Shown: positions 19,886 through 32,098 of the stretch, one piece after another
Layout of the letters: every line of letters begins with the position of its first letter
Numbering within the stretch: position 1 is the first letter of the stretch
Assembly: GCA_005222975.1 (NCBI GenBank)
Contig: NJBI01000023.1
Coordinates: 1 to 48,432 of the forward strand
Origin: Promethearchaeota archaeon Loki_b31
GTDB taxonomy: Archaea; Asgardarchaeota; Lokiarchaeia; Sigyniarchaeales; SOKP01
DNA length: 48,432 nucleotides
Direction of reading: 5' to 3'
Notes under the pieces: generated by a model
Told to the model about the DNA's origin: nothing
Database searches by the model: none
Seen by the model: only the letters and a program-made list of their open reading frames with translations
Program-made: the position numbers and the translations under genes

Positions 19886-21082
19886 TCAGTGTTTTTCAAC
19901 TTTCAAAATTACCTTGTAGGACCCTCCAATATTGTATAAAAACGCAAGATTCATACCTAATAAATTTCCAACAAATCCAGCTGAAACTACAATGGAAATA
20001 TATATACTTGTGCCAAGTGCCTTTTTTTGTTTTCCAAAAATCTGATTTATCGCATATGTTAAAGCAGGCCACATTATTCCAAACTGATTTAAGATTTCTA
20101 ACAGTAAGAATAAGAAAATACTATCTGGAGTTATTATATAGATGTAAAAAAGGTTTTTTATAAGAATGAAAATCACGCCTAGCATCAAGGGATATATATA
20201 GTTATATTTTTCAGTAATTTTACTCGAAAGATAGAATAATGGTACTTCAAAACTAGCCCATAAACATGCGAGTATTCCTACAAAAACTAAACTTCCTCCG
20301 AGTTCTATTGCGTATATTGTTTTAATGCTAACTGCTAATACTAATCCAATTTCAAAAATACCCGCAATAATCAATAAACCGAGGAATTCGTATTTTCTAT
20401 GCAAAATTTTATTATTAGCAGCAAGAGATTTAATATTGCTATTTGTTTCTTTTCTTTCTATATTTAATATTTGTTTAAAATCCTTAGCTAAAATATAAAA
20501 ATAAAATGCTAAAATTATATACCCTAATGCACATAATAAAAACGCAAATGGAAATCCATACATTTCCATTAGATATCCTGCGATCGGAGCTCCAGTAGCC
20601 CATCCAAGGGATCCCATTATTCGGATTTTAGCATATTCTTTTGCTTTTTTCTTTTCAAAATTAGTAGTTTCAACTTTTGTGAGAATTTCTCGTTTTTCAA
20701 TCACCTCATATATTAAGGCAGTAATAAATGTCTCCCGACTTAACAAATTAGTTAAGAACACATAGATCATAATTGTTATAAAATTAACTTTAAAAGCAAT
20801 GAAAAGTACTCCAATTGCGTAAGTGAAATTACTAATTTGAATAAAAATTAGTCGATTATTCATTTTATCTGAGATATGGGAAAAAGTATTAGAAAAAATT
20901 GCGATAATAATAACAATTGCTAAATTATAACCAAATATTTCAGCGACACTAACCTTGTTTTGATTAAGCCAAATCAAAATGAAGACCATGTAAAAAACTG
21001 AAATAAAATAATTAAAAAAAGTAAATATCTTCAAATGAATTGTTTTTTTTCGAATTATTTCTAATAGGTCGCTTGAAGACAT
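19886..21082 (-). CDS. MFS transporter (possibly missing the last TM helix)
   Basis: ISDKM motif, RIMGSLGWA, FEVPLF; two 6-TM-like halves; abrupt hydrophilic end. Confidence 0.8.
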   Translation of the reverse strand: MSSSDLLEIIRKKTIHLKIFTFFNYFISVFYMVFILIWLNQNKVSVAEIFGYNLAIVIIIAIFSNTFSHISDKMNNRLIFIQISNFTYAIGVLFIAFKVNFITIMIYVFLTNLLSRETFITALIYEVIEKREILTKVETTNFEKKKAKEYAKIRIMGSLGWATGAPIAGYLMEMYGFPFAFLLCALGYIILAFYFYILAKDFKQILNIERKETNSNIKSLAANNKILHRKYEFLGLLIIAGIFEIGLVLAVSIKTIYAIELGGSLVFVGILACLWASFEVPLFYLSSKITEKYNYIYPLMLGVIFILIKNLFYIYIITPDSIFLFLLLEILNQFGIMWPALTYAINQIFGKQKKALGTSIYISIVVSAGFVGNLLGMNLAFLYNIGGSYKVILKVEKH

Positions 21083-21244
21083 AAGTAAATATGATAGTTT
21101 TTAATGGTTAAAAAGATTATATAGTTGCGAAATTGAATGCAATTAAACCAAGTAGAGCACCAACTTTTAAAATTAAGCTATTTTTTAATTTTTCTTGTTG
21201 AGAAGATATTATATTCTAATATAACTGAAACGAGAAAAATTGGG

Positions 21245-21538
21245 ATGAGTTATAGTAGTACAACCAAAAACACAGACGATTTAGGAAAAATAACTGAAAA
21301 AGAAATTTATGAAATACCTGCGACTTTAAATAAGGTAATAGAAAGTAGGTTGAAAATAATAGATGTCGCTAAAAGGATTATGTCAAGTGGAATAGAACAT
21401 ATATACCTAATAGGATCTGGAAGCTCATATTTAGCAGGTTTCACTATATCATATTTATTTAATAATATAGGTTCTATTCCTACATATGTAGTATTTGCTA
21501 CTGAATTTCAATATTTGATTAAACTACTTATTTTTTAA
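21245..21538 (+). pseudogene. N-terminal fragment of a SIS-domain (GlmS isomerase-like) protein
   Basis: EIYEIP...IYLIGSGSSYLAG...ATEF, then ends; far shorter than a SIS protein. Confidence 0.75.
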
Positions 21539-21550
21539 AATAATGTAAGT

Positions 21551-22248
21551 TTAATTGTTAATTTTTCGAATTAAAAAAAAGATATCGTAAGAGAACAATC
21601 TTGGAAGAAATTTGAAAGGATATTTTCTTTGAAAAATTATTTTTGTATTTTTTTGTTGTAGGACCTTAAAGAATTCTTTTTCTGAACTAATCAACCCGCG
21701 CCAATGTGGGTTCACTTGTATATTTTTTATAGTCCCTATAAGAATTCTAATCATTCTTAGCAATATACTTTCGGTTGGAACAGAAATAAAAAAAAGACCA
21801 TTCTTTTTTAGAATTCGTAATATTTCATCAATGGCAACCGAAGGATTTTCAACATGTTCTAATATATCAAGTGCAAAAATTAAATCGAAACTATCATCAT
21901 TAAAACTAGTTTTTTTTGAATATCTCCTTAAGTGTAGTCTTTAATTTTTATGATGGTGTTCTTTGTTAAAGTTGCCTTAATTCCATCATATAGAGCCTCA
22001 TCTAAAATATTAACTTCGCTTTTTGGAAAATTCAACTTAAAGTTTAAAGAAAATAGCCCCAACCCGCCTCCTATATCAAGAACTTAGGGAAATTTTTGTG
22101 AAACTGAAGAAATGTTTTAATTATCCTTCCAAAATACATTTTTCCAAAAAGAGGGATCATGTATGGACCAAAGCTAGAATAGTTTCGGTAACTTTCAGGA
22201 ATAAGTACTTGCAAATCTTGGGGTTTGATAAATTTGATTGATACTCAC
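21551..22248 (-). pseudogene. Frameshifted class I SAM methyltransferase
   Basis: Motifs VLDIGGGLG and FNDDSFDLIFALDILEHVENP...LKKNG.F.ISVP lie in different frames, with an internal TAA; boundaries approximate. Confidence 0.8.
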
Positions 22249-22262
22249 TTTATAAAAATAAA

Positions 22263-23231
22263 TTAAATGAAAAAATTAATGGGAAAGTAAAGAACTATTG
22301 AAAGAATTGCTGCTATGGGAAATGTTAAAAGCCATACTGAAACAATTTTCCACATACCTTTACGCGTTGGAGCACGCCTAGCTTTCGCTAAACCTACTAA
22401 TGATGCGACTAGCATATGCGATCCTGATAATGGAATACCTAATATTGTTCCAAAAAACAAAATGACTGCGATAGGAATTTGGGCTGCAAAAGCGGTGCTT
22501 GGATGTAATTCGGTAATAGTCCCTACGCTTTTTATAACGCCTCTCCCCAGTATCACTAGACCACTTGCAAGACTAAATCCAGTTATAATTAACAGTATAT
22601 TGAGATCAACAGCAATTCCCACACCTATCACAATTCCTACGGCGTTTGAGCAATCATTACCTGCCCTAGAAAAAGCAGTCCAGCAGATGACTGCTAATAA
22701 CATATACGAAAAAAACTTTTCTGACCTTTCGTAGCTTTTAAACCCGGTAAGTTTGGGTGTTATAGTTTTATGGATTAATTTATATGCATAATATGTTACA
22801 ATGTATCCTATTATGGGAGATAATAACCACCACATTCCCATTTCTAAAATTGTTGGCCAATTTACACCAATAGGACCACCCAATAAAATACCTACTCCAA
22901 TTATCGCGCCAATTGTAGCATGAGTAGTAGAAATAGGTAATCCAAACGCGGATGACAAAATCAACCATATTGCCGTAGAAATCAATACTGTCAAAACCAT
23001 GGAGTATTCTATTTTGAATGAAAACAAGTTCTCCCCAACTGTCTTACTTACTGCGCTGCCTAACAATACAGCTCCAAGAATTGAAAGAATAGTGGCCAGA
23101 ATCAGTAGTTCTTTCATCTTTAAAGTTTTAGAACCATATAAAGTTGCCATTGTCTCATCGTTAGCACCAATTCCAAAACTGATTATTATAGAAATTATCA
23201 CAAAGAGAATTATTATATATTCTAACGCCAT
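22263..23231 (-). CDS. PiT family inorganic phosphate transporter
   Basis: GAND, GLPISTTH, AGND, G.PLSGSH signatures. Confidence 0.92.
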   Translation of the reverse strand: MALEYIIILFVIISIIISFGIGANDETMATLYGSKTLKMKELLILATILSILGAVLLGSAVSKTVGENLFSFKIEYSMVLTVLISTAIWLILSSAFGLPISTTHATIGAIIGVGILLGGPIGVNWPTILEMGMWWLLSPIIGYIVTYYAYKLIHKTITPKLTGFKSYERSEKFFSYMLLAVICWTAFSRAGNDCSNAVGIVIGVGIAVDLNILLIITGFSLASGLVILGRGVIKSVGTITELHPSTAFAAQIPIAVILFFGTILGIPLSGSHMLVASLVGLAKARRAPTRKGMWKIVSVWLLTFPIAAILSIVLYFPINFFI

Positions 23232-23250
23232 TTTGTCTAACCTTCGTTTT

Positions 23251-23904
23251 TTATCTGCTTGGATATTTAATAATTAAACCTCTTAAATAATCAGAGACTT
23301 CTTCAGCCCACGCTGCTATTTCGTATATATATGTCACCAATTTTGAAGTTAGGTAGATTTTTGTTGGGTTATCTGTCTTTTTGAATACAACATCTAATAA
23401 ATCGAATTTAGCTTTGCGCGCTTTTCTTCTTACTGCTTCAATTTCAAATGTCTTATCATATGCAGCCTTAAAATCAGTTTCAATGAGAGTGGCACAATTC
23501 AATAGTTCTTCAACAGTTTCCACTGTAAAATCGATCAAATCATTGAATTCTTTTTTTACATCTTCATAAAGATCAAATGGAAAGACAGCAAAAAATCTGG
23601 CAAAAAATTCTATTTTATCATTAGTCTCATCGAGCATCATTAAAATATTATATCGGTCTTCTACCAAAAAAGGAAGTGCTCGTTTGTCTCTAAAAAGGAC
23701 TTGGACGTATTTTTCTTTAATTCTATCGCACTTTTTTTCTCCTTGAATTACCTTCTCTAAATCCTTTTTATTTAATTTTTTGTTAATGAATAGGTTAACT
23801 AATTCATGCAAAGTTATAATATTATTTAGCGATTGCGATAAAAATTCTCTGTTAACCTCGTCTAACTCGTTTTTCTTTTCTTTAAACAATTTCATTTTAT
23901 TCAC
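23251..23904 (-). CDS. DUF47/PhoU-like phosphate transport regulator
   Basis: E..CD.IK, LPF..EDR; helical; directly upstream of PiT. Confidence 0.85.
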   Translation of the reverse strand: MNKMKLFKEKKNELDEVNREFLSQSLNNIITLHELVNLFINKKLNKKDLEKVIQGEKKCDRIKEKYVQVLFRDKRALPFLVEDRYNILMMLDETNDKIEFFARFFAVFPFDLYEDVKKEFNDLIDFTVETVEELLNCATLIETDFKAAYDKTFEIEAVRRKARKAKFDLLDVVFKKTDNPTKIYLTSKLVTYIYEIAAWAEEVSDYLRGLIIKYPSR

Positions 23905-24109
23905 ATCTAAAATTTAACGAATCTATTCTTAAGAAATAATTATATGATTTTATATTCTATTTATTTTTTATCCAATAAAAAAGCTTATGCCTTTCATTAA
24001 AGTTGAAGTTATTCATGATTGTGAAAGATAAAAATAAGCCTTTTTTTGTTTAAACAATTCCTTCAAATTAAGATTGAACGAGTTTTTATAAATTTTAAAG
24101 TGAGTATGA

Positions 24110-24667
24110 GTGCCCGCTGTCGAAATAAATTTGGATGATATTATATTTGACCCCAAAGTTCAAACTTATTGCAATAATCCTAAATTTAAGTGCCCTAACT
24201 ATGGGCATTCGTGGGCATGTCCGCCAGAGGCACCTTATCTTGAAGAAAAAGTTTCCCAGTACGAAAAATTCTTTTTAATATATTACGAATTTAATTTAAA
24301 AGAGTATGTAGAAAGAATCAAGATAAAATCTCCAAAATACAGCGAGGAAAAGATAAGAAATTCATTTTACCGTAAAGATATTGTTAGAGATTATTTAGAA
24401 GAAGAGATTAATCTTTTCTTACAAAATTATAGTGAATCCTACAACGAAAAGTTTATTTTATGGGACGGTTATTGCAGAATGTGCATTAAAGAAGGGAAGA
24501 ACTGCACTTATGATGATGGCATACCTTGTTGTTATCCAGATAAAAAAAGATTTTCGATGGAAGCAGTAGGGATAAACGTTGACAAAACAGTTAAAAGCGT
24601 CGATATTGAAATAGAATGGCCTCCCGTTAATTTTGCCTATCGATTTGGATTAATTTGCTTAAAATAG
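24110..24667 (+). CDS. DUF2284 predicted metal-binding protein
   Basis: CPNYG.SW.CPP, C..C...C, SMEAVGINV..TV. Confidence 0.85.
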   Translation: MPAVEINLDDIIFDPKVQTYCNNPKFKCPNYGHSWACPPEAPYLEEKVSQYEKFFLIYYEFNLKEYVERIKIKSPKYSEEKIRNSFYRKDIVRDYLEEEINLFLQNYSESYNEKFILWDGYCRMCIKEGKNCTYDDGIPCCYPDKKRFSMEAVGINVDKTVKSVDIEIEWPPVNFAYRFGLICLK

Positions 24668-24782
24668 ATTTAGTGTTATTATTATAATAATTTTTATTAC
24701 TCATTATTTCTATACTTACCATAGGTGAGGACTTACAATTTTTAAAATTAGAACCTTAAATCAATCTGATAATAAGTGGGCA

Positions 24783-25214
24783 ATGGATTTAATTAATGAT
24801 GTGTGGGCATCAACAAGGATTGTTTCGAAAGGAAAGGTCCACGATACTAATGAACTTCCTGGAATAATCGCAATACATAAAAATAATAGAGTAGGATTGA
24901 TAATTTATAACATTATTGGTGACGAATGCGAAATAGTTTCATTGAATAGTTTGAAAGAAAATATTGGAATTGGAACCGCATTATTAAAAGAAATTGAGAA
25001 AATCTCTACTTCAAAAGGCTGTAAAAGATTATGGGCTATAACCACTAACGATAATATCGATGCTCTTCGTTTTTATCAAAAAAAAGGTTTTAAAATTGTA
25101 GCAATACATTTAAATGCTCTAGAACAGTCTCGTAGATTAAAGCCCGAAATTCCTTTTTTAGGATCAAACGATATTGAAATACGAGATGAAATAGAACTAG
25201 AAAAAACTCTATAA
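24783..25214 (+). CDS. GNAT family N-acetyltransferase (true start probably upstream)
   Basis: GIGTALL, TTNDN.DALRFYQK.GF, RLKPEIP, IRDEIELE. Confidence 0.9.
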   Translation: MDLINDVWASTRIVSKGKVHDTNELPGIIAIHKNNRVGLIIYNIIGDECEIVSLNSLKENIGIGTALLKEIEKISTSKGCKRLWAITTNDNIDALRFYQKKGFKIVAIHLNALEQSRRLKPEIPFLGSNDIEIRDEIELEKTL

Positions 25215-25256
25215 TCCTAAACAACATTTAAAAAAAGTAAAAAAATAAATATTAGT

Positions 25257-26570
<1,314 letters not shown>

Positions 26571-26755
26571 TCAAATTCCGTTAAGTGTGTTAACCATTTG
26601 TTTTTTTTTTAGTTGATAAGGTATTTTTATTAGATATTTATATCTAAATTATGTTCCAAAAAGGATTATTCATTAATAGTTATAAAATTTTTCTGTTAAA
26701 GATTTAGTTATACAATAATTTTTATAGTCTCATTTTTATCACATTTATAGTAAAA

Positions 26756-27637
26756 ATGCTGAGAAAAACGATTCTTTTTGACTTAAATCATAACGAGATG
26801 CTCGATATTGATTTTTCAGATTTTTCAGATTTTTCAAAACTTCTTCAAAATCTAAATCTCAAGATTAATAAAAACGAGAATAAAGATTTAACGAAAAAAA
26901 TTTTGGAAAATGTTGATGTTTTAGTTCTGGGTAATCCTATTGACGATTACTTTTCAAACATCGAAATCAAGGACATTGTTAATTTTGTTAGAACTGGAGG
27001 GAATTTAATTCTTGTAAGTGAATATGGAGCCGATTATCTTCAAAAAACTAATTTGAATGATATAGCTCCTAATTTTGGTATCCTATTTGAGAAGAATCTT
27101 ATAAAAGAACAAAATTCCAATAATCATAATCGTTCAAGTATATTACATATTCAAAACTTTCCTAAAAATAATATAATTAATGGATTAAGAGAAGTGGTAA
27201 TAGGTGGAACTTGTTCCCTCTTCTTAAATAAAGGTGCAAAACCACTTTTACAAACAGATCATAATAATTTCTGGTCAGAAATTTTTAATAGCTCTTCTGA
27301 AGAATGGATAAAGGATAAAGAACAACAACATACAATAGCCGCTTATTCTAAATTTGGGCAAGGTAAGGTAGTTGCTTTTGGCGATATCGATATTTTTTGC
27401 AGTGATGATAATATAGGTATTAATACTCTTGATAATCAGAAGTTCTTACATAGTATTTTTACCTGGTTGATTGATCCTGTAAAAAGGTCAGATGTAATGT
27501 CTTTCATCTTAGATCAAATTGGGCAAGTTCAAAACAGCGTCAAAGAAATCCATAAAACAATGAATAATGTAATTGAAACAATGAGTATTTTGGAAAAAAG
27601 GCTACGTCATTTAGAAGAGAATCAAAATAGCCATTAA
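26756..27637 (+). CDS. GIFT (GldG/IFT52-like, DUF4350) domain protein with C-terminal coiled coil
   Basis: ILFD..H.E, L..VDVLVLG.P...F...EI..I..FV..GG.L, TNLN.....FGI, GKVV.FGD..IF, N..F...IF.WL. Confidence 0.75.
   Translation: MLRKTILFDLNHNEMLDIDFSDFSDFSKLLQNLNLKINKNENKDLTKKILENVDVLVLGNPIDDYFSNIEIKDIVNFVRTGGNLILVSEYGADYLQKTNLNDIAPNFGILFEKNLIKEQNSNNHNRSSILHIQNFPKNNIINGLREVVIGGTCSLFLNKGAKPLLQTDHNNFWSEIFNSSSEEWIKDKEQQHTIAAYSKFGQGKVVAFGDIDIFCSDDNIGINTLDNQKFLHSIFTWLIDPVKRSDVMSFILDQIGQVQNSVKEIHKTMNNVIETMSILEKRLRHLEENQNSH
26810..26836 (+). repeat. In-frame 9-bp tandem repeat x3 (DFS DFS DFS)
   Basis: GATTTTTCA x3. Confidence 0.9.
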
Positions 27638-27770
27638 TTCCATCAAAAAGAACATTTGATTTAAAACCTTAATTTTTTCACTTTATAATTTTAGAGATAT
27701 TAAAGTAATTTTTAATTACATTACAAGTTTTATTTAAATTAATAAATTAAAAATCTATGAGACCAGAAAA

Positions 27771-29216
27771 ATGCCTTTAAAAACCCCAGAACAGTATTTA
27801 GAAAGCATAAAACGACCTGTAAATTTGTATATTTTTGGTGAAAAAGTCAAGGAATTTTGGAATCATCCTATTATAAGGCCCTCAATCAATACGGTTATGA
27901 AGATTTACGAATTAGCTCAGATGGAAGAGTATAAAGATCTTATGACCGCCACATCACATTTAACAGGTGAAACTATTAACAGGTTTACACACATTCACCA
28001 ATCTGTTGACGATTTAATTAAAAAGGTAAAAATGCAGAGGTTATTGGGTCAACAAACAGCGTGTTGTTTCCAAAGGTGCGTAGGTTTTGACACCGCTAAC
28101 GCTTTATATAGCGTAACCTATGAAATGGACAAAAAAAATGGAACTGATTATCATAACCGCTTCAAAAAGTATTGGACTGAAGTGCAATCTCAAGATTTGA
28201 TGGTGGGTGGTGCCATGACTGATACTAAAGGAGATAGAAGCAAAAGACCTAAAGACCAACCTGATCCAGACGCTTTTCTACATATTGTCGAGGAAATTGA
28301 TGATGGAATAATTGTTCGCGGTGCAAAAATCCACCAAACGGGATATTTAAACTCACATAGAGCAATTATTATGCCTACTCTTTCTTTACGACCCGGTGAA
28401 GAACAGTACGCTGTAAGTTTTGGTGTTAATACGAATGAAAAGGGAATAACACTAGTATATGGAAGGCAGTCGTGTGATACTAGAAAAATGGAACCCGGTA
28501 AATTAGACATTGGAAACTTCAAGTATGGCGGCCAGGAAATATTTGTAATATTTGATAATGTGTTTATACCAAATGATCAAATATTTATGAAGGGAGAAAT
28601 AGAGTTTGCAGGTAAATTAGTTAATAGGTTTGCTGGTTTCCATCGGCAGTCTTATGGTGGATGTAAAGTTGGTGTAGGCGATGTACTCATCGGTGCGTCA
28701 TCGTTGATTACTGAATACAATGGAACCGAAAAGTCGTCTCATATACGAGATAAAATTGTGGAAATGGTCCATTTAAACGAAACACTATATAGTTGTGGTA
28801 TTGCTTGCAGTTCGTTAGGTTTCCAACGGGAAGCAGGAAACTTTGAAATGGATATGCTTTTGGCAAATGTATGCAAATTAAATGTTACTCGTTTTCCATA
28901 CGAAATAGGGCGGCTTGCTGAAGATTTAGCTGGGGGGCTAATCTGTACAATGCCCTCTGAAGCGGACTTTAAGTCGGAGGAAATTGGGAGTTTAATTAAG
29001 AAATATCTTAATACATGTGAAGAAACATGCGTTGAGGATAGATATAAAGTTCTAAGATTTATTGAAAATCTAACAATGGGCGTGGCTTCTGTTAGCTATC
29101 GGACGGAATCAATGCACGGAGCAGGAAGTCCACAAGCGCAAAGGATTATGATATCAAGACAAGCTGATTTGGAAAATAAAAAAGAGTTAATCAAAGATAT
29201 TTTGGATATTAAATGA
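27771..29216 (+). CDS. abfD: 4-hydroxybutyryl-CoA dehydratase/vinylacetyl-CoA isomerase
   Basis: CFQRCVG.D, MTD.KGDRS, HRQSYGGCK, ESMHGAGSPQAQ. Confidence 0.93.
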   Translation: MPLKTPEQYLESIKRPVNLYIFGEKVKEFWNHPIIRPSINTVMKIYELAQMEEYKDLMTATSHLTGETINRFTHIHQSVDDLIKKVKMQRLLGQQTACCFQRCVGFDTANALYSVTYEMDKKNGTDYHNRFKKYWTEVQSQDLMVGGAMTDTKGDRSKRPKDQPDPDAFLHIVEEIDDGIIVRGAKIHQTGYLNSHRAIIMPTLSLRPGEEQYAVSFGVNTNEKGITLVYGRQSCDTRKMEPGKLDIGNFKYGGQEIFVIFDNVFIPNDQIFMKGEIEFAGKLVNRFAGFHRQSYGGCKVGVGDVLIGASSLITEYNGTEKSSHIRDKIVEMVHLNETLYSCGIACSSLGFQREAGNFEMDMLLANVCKLNVTRFPYEIGRLAEDLAGGLICTMPSEADFKSEEIGSLIKKYLNTCEETCVEDRYKVLRFIENLTMGVASVSYRTESMHGAGSPQAQRIMISRQADLENKKELIKDILDIK

Positions 29217-29322
29217 GATAACTTTAATGGAATATAACATCTAAACCTATATATTGTTAGACATATTATTTTACTATAATTTTTTATAAAATTAACTTAG
29301 TTCTAACTTAAATTTTAAAACT

Positions 29323-30717
29323 TTGGTGAAATATGTGAGTGACAAATCTTACGAAGAAATTTTTTCTGAATTTGAAGAAATTACGAACCACTATAATCGT
29401 AGTGATCAATATTTTGACATCTTGTACGATTCGGTTTCGTCTACAACCATAGTAAAAACTCCCTCCTCTGAAAACTTTTCAGTTAATACTAAAAAATCGG
29501 GTATAGTTGCTCGTACATTTTCAGGAATATGGAAAGAAGTAGCAATTGAAGAGAGTTCTGATATTGGCGTTATTAAAAATAAGATCCCAAAATTGACCAA
29601 AAAGGGAGATGCAATAGCTGAATTCGAAGGTTGGGAATTAAACAAAGAGATTAAGCCTAAAATCGATCCTTCGAACATACCTATAGAGGATAAAATCAAG
29701 AAAGTAAGGGAAATTTATGGTTATATCAAGAATTATGACGAGAGAATTATTAATGTTCAAGTAAAGTACTTGGAACTCTTAATTGAGCGAATTTTCGTCA
29801 ATAATGAAGGATGTAAATTGAGACAAGTAATTCCGCGCATGCGAATTATGGTTGTACCTATTGCTAAAGAAGGATCTGTTGTTGATTATGATTATTCGGT
29901 TATTACTGGAGAGATTGGGTATGAAATTTTTGATTTATTTGATCATGAATTATTAGAAAAAACGGTTAAAAACTCTCTTGAAATGTTGAAAGCTGAATTA
30001 CCCCCAGCAGGAAGACGAACAATTATTTTAGACCCCCCAATGGCGGGATTGATTGCTCATGAAAGCTTTGGACATGGTTTGGAAGCAGATCAAATATTAA
30101 GAGATCGAAGCTATTTAAAACAACACTTAAATAAGCAAGTTGCTTCCGATATCTGCTCGATCTACGACACACCATCGTTAAAGAAAAAATTAGGTTCTTA
30201 CTTTTTTGATGACGAAGGAATAGAAGCAGGTAACAATGTTTTAGTAGAAAATGGTATATTGAAAAATTTCATATATGACAGGAGATCTGCCTCAGATTTG
30301 AGCGCCATCCCTCAAGGAAATGGAAGACGAGAAAGTTTCGCCCATCCTATCAATGTTAGAATGTCAAATACTTATTTCGGTCTTGGTGATTATGATCTGA
30401 ATGAAATGATCTCAGAAACCAACGAAGGAATAATGTTGGTTCATGGGTTTTTTGGAATGGAAGACCCTCTAGGCGGAGGCATGCAATGTACATCAAAAAA
30501 AGCGTATCTAATTGAAAATGGGGAAAAAACAAAAATTTTGAAGGCTACAGCTCTAAGCGGAGATGTTCTTGAATTATTAAAGAATATCGATGCTGTAAGT
30601 AAGGACCCTACGAAACTTGATGGCGGGACATGTGGAAAAGGTAGTGAAGATTTCGTTCCCGTTACTTCTGGTGGTAGTTATATTAGAGTTAAAAACGCAT
30701 TGGTGAGTCCGGGGTGA
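29323..30717 (+). CDS. tldD: TldD metalloprotease subunit
   Basis: HESFGHGLEAD, FDDEG, GNGRR, RMSNT, CGK. Confidence 0.92.
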   Translation: MVKYVSDKSYEEIFSEFEEITNHYNRSDQYFDILYDSVSSTTIVKTPSSENFSVNTKKSGIVARTFSGIWKEVAIEESSDIGVIKNKIPKLTKKGDAIAEFEGWELNKEIKPKIDPSNIPIEDKIKKVREIYGYIKNYDERIINVQVKYLELLIERIFVNNEGCKLRQVIPRMRIMVVPIAKEGSVVDYDYSVITGEIGYEIFDLFDHELLEKTVKNSLEMLKAELPPAGRRTIILDPPMAGLIAHESFGHGLEADQILRDRSYLKQHLNKQVASDICSIYDTPSLKKKLGSYFFDDEGIEAGNNVLVENGILKNFIYDRRSASDLSAIPQGNGRRESFAHPINVRMSNTYFGLGDYDLNEMISETNEGIMLVHGFFGMEDPLGGGMQCTSKKAYLIENGEKTKILKATALSGDVLELLKNIDAVSKDPTKLDGGTCGKGSEDFVPVTSGGSYIRVKNALVSPG

Positions 30718-32054
30718 GAGAAAAAATGTCAAACGAAAGATTGGATTTAATTGAAAAAGGATTGAACTCAAAGAACATCGAAGAATACGAGATATATCTT
30801 GTGGAGAAGAATATTTACGAGACTATTTTCTTGAAAAATCAAGCAGATAATGAACGAGAAATAAGAGACTTTGAATATTTTATACGGATTCTTTCTCAAA
30901 AAAAAGATAAAACTGGTATAGGTGTAATTAAGGGAAATTCTCTGGATAAAGGACAAATTGATAAAAATATCGATATTTGTGCTATTTTATCAAAATTTAA
31001 TTCAAGTACCAAGTATTTTTTTCCTGGAAAGACACAGATATCAGATCTGAATACAGCAGATAAAAAAATCTTAGACGATCCCATAGCAATTAAGAAAGAT
31101 TTAGCAGAGGAGTTAATATCAGAGGCGTCCCAGCAAAAAGATGTAAAGACTACTTTTGGACGCTTTAGAATTCATAGCTATCATAGCTTCTTGAGAAATA
31201 GCAATGCCTTAAATTTAAATTCTAAGAAAACCTTCTTCTTTGTTGAATTTGCGTTAAAGGCACAAGAAAATGGGGAGTTATCTGAGTTTTGGGAAGTTGG
31301 ATATTATAAAGAGAAAGAACATTTAAAATTTAACGAAAGAGTGAACAATTGGGCAAGAAGAGCAAAAGATATATTAAGAGCAGAAGAACCTAAACCAGCC
31401 AATGACGCTATTGTAATATTTTCACCATCCGTCTTAAGAGCGGCAATTAATCCCGTGATTGGATTCCATGCGCTCGCTTTAGCTCATTTTGAAAAAGTTT
31501 CTCGCTATAATATTGGAGACAAAGTTGCAAGCGATAACATCACATTAATCGACGATGGGTTGTTAGATGGAGGTCTTAGTTCGAATTCATGGGATTCAGA
31601 AGGAAACCCTCAACAGGAAACAGAAGTCTTAAAGAACGGGGTTTTTCGAAACAGGTTGTACAATCAGAAATATGCAATTTTAGACAATGTGCAATCAACA
31701 GGAAATGCCAAAAGAGCAGAAAATGGCACGGTAGTTAATGGCAACAGTAATTTAAAAATATTACCGGGAGATATTTCCTTAGAGGAGATGATTTCAAATG
31801 TTAAGGAGGGGTATTACATCGAACAGTTTTCTTGGCTACATCCGGACAATATATCAGGTAATTTTGGAGCGGAAATTAGAAATGGATATTACATTAAAAG
31901 CGGCGAGTTTCAAAACCCAATTAAACTAGGAAATGTTAGTGGCAACGTACTTGAAATGGTAAAAAATTGCTTATATATATCTAAAGAGCGAGAGTTTTCC
32001 GAAAATGTTCTCTTCCCATATATGGCGTTTAATAATTTGAATGTTTCTTCTTAA
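30714..32054 (+). CDS. pmbA: PmbA/TldE family subunit
   Basis: Overlaps tldD; DSEG.P, STGNA, SGNF; lacks HExxGH. Confidence 0.88.
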   Translation: MREKMSNERLDLIEKGLNSKNIEEYEIYLVEKNIYETIFLKNQADNEREIRDFEYFIRILSQKKDKTGIGVIKGNSLDKGQIDKNIDICAILSKFNSSTKYFFPGKTQISDLNTADKKILDDPIAIKKDLAEELISEASQQKDVKTTFGRFRIHSYHSFLRNSNALNLNSKKTFFFVEFALKAQENGELSEFWEVGYYKEKEHLKFNERVNNWARRAKDILRAEEPKPANDAIVIFSPSVLRAAINPVIGFHALALAHFEKVSRYNIGDKVASDNITLIDDGLLDGGLSSNSWDSEGNPQQETEVLKNGVFRNRLYNQKYAILDNVQSTGNAKRAENGTVVNGNSNLKILPGDISLEEMISNVKEGYYIEQFSWLHPDNISGNFGAEIRNGYYIKSGEFQNPIKLGNVSGNVLEMVKNCLYISKEREFSENVLFPYMAFNNLNVSS

Positions 32055-32098
32055 TTCTTCTTAAAAACAAAAAAATAAAATTTTTATTATTACTTTTT

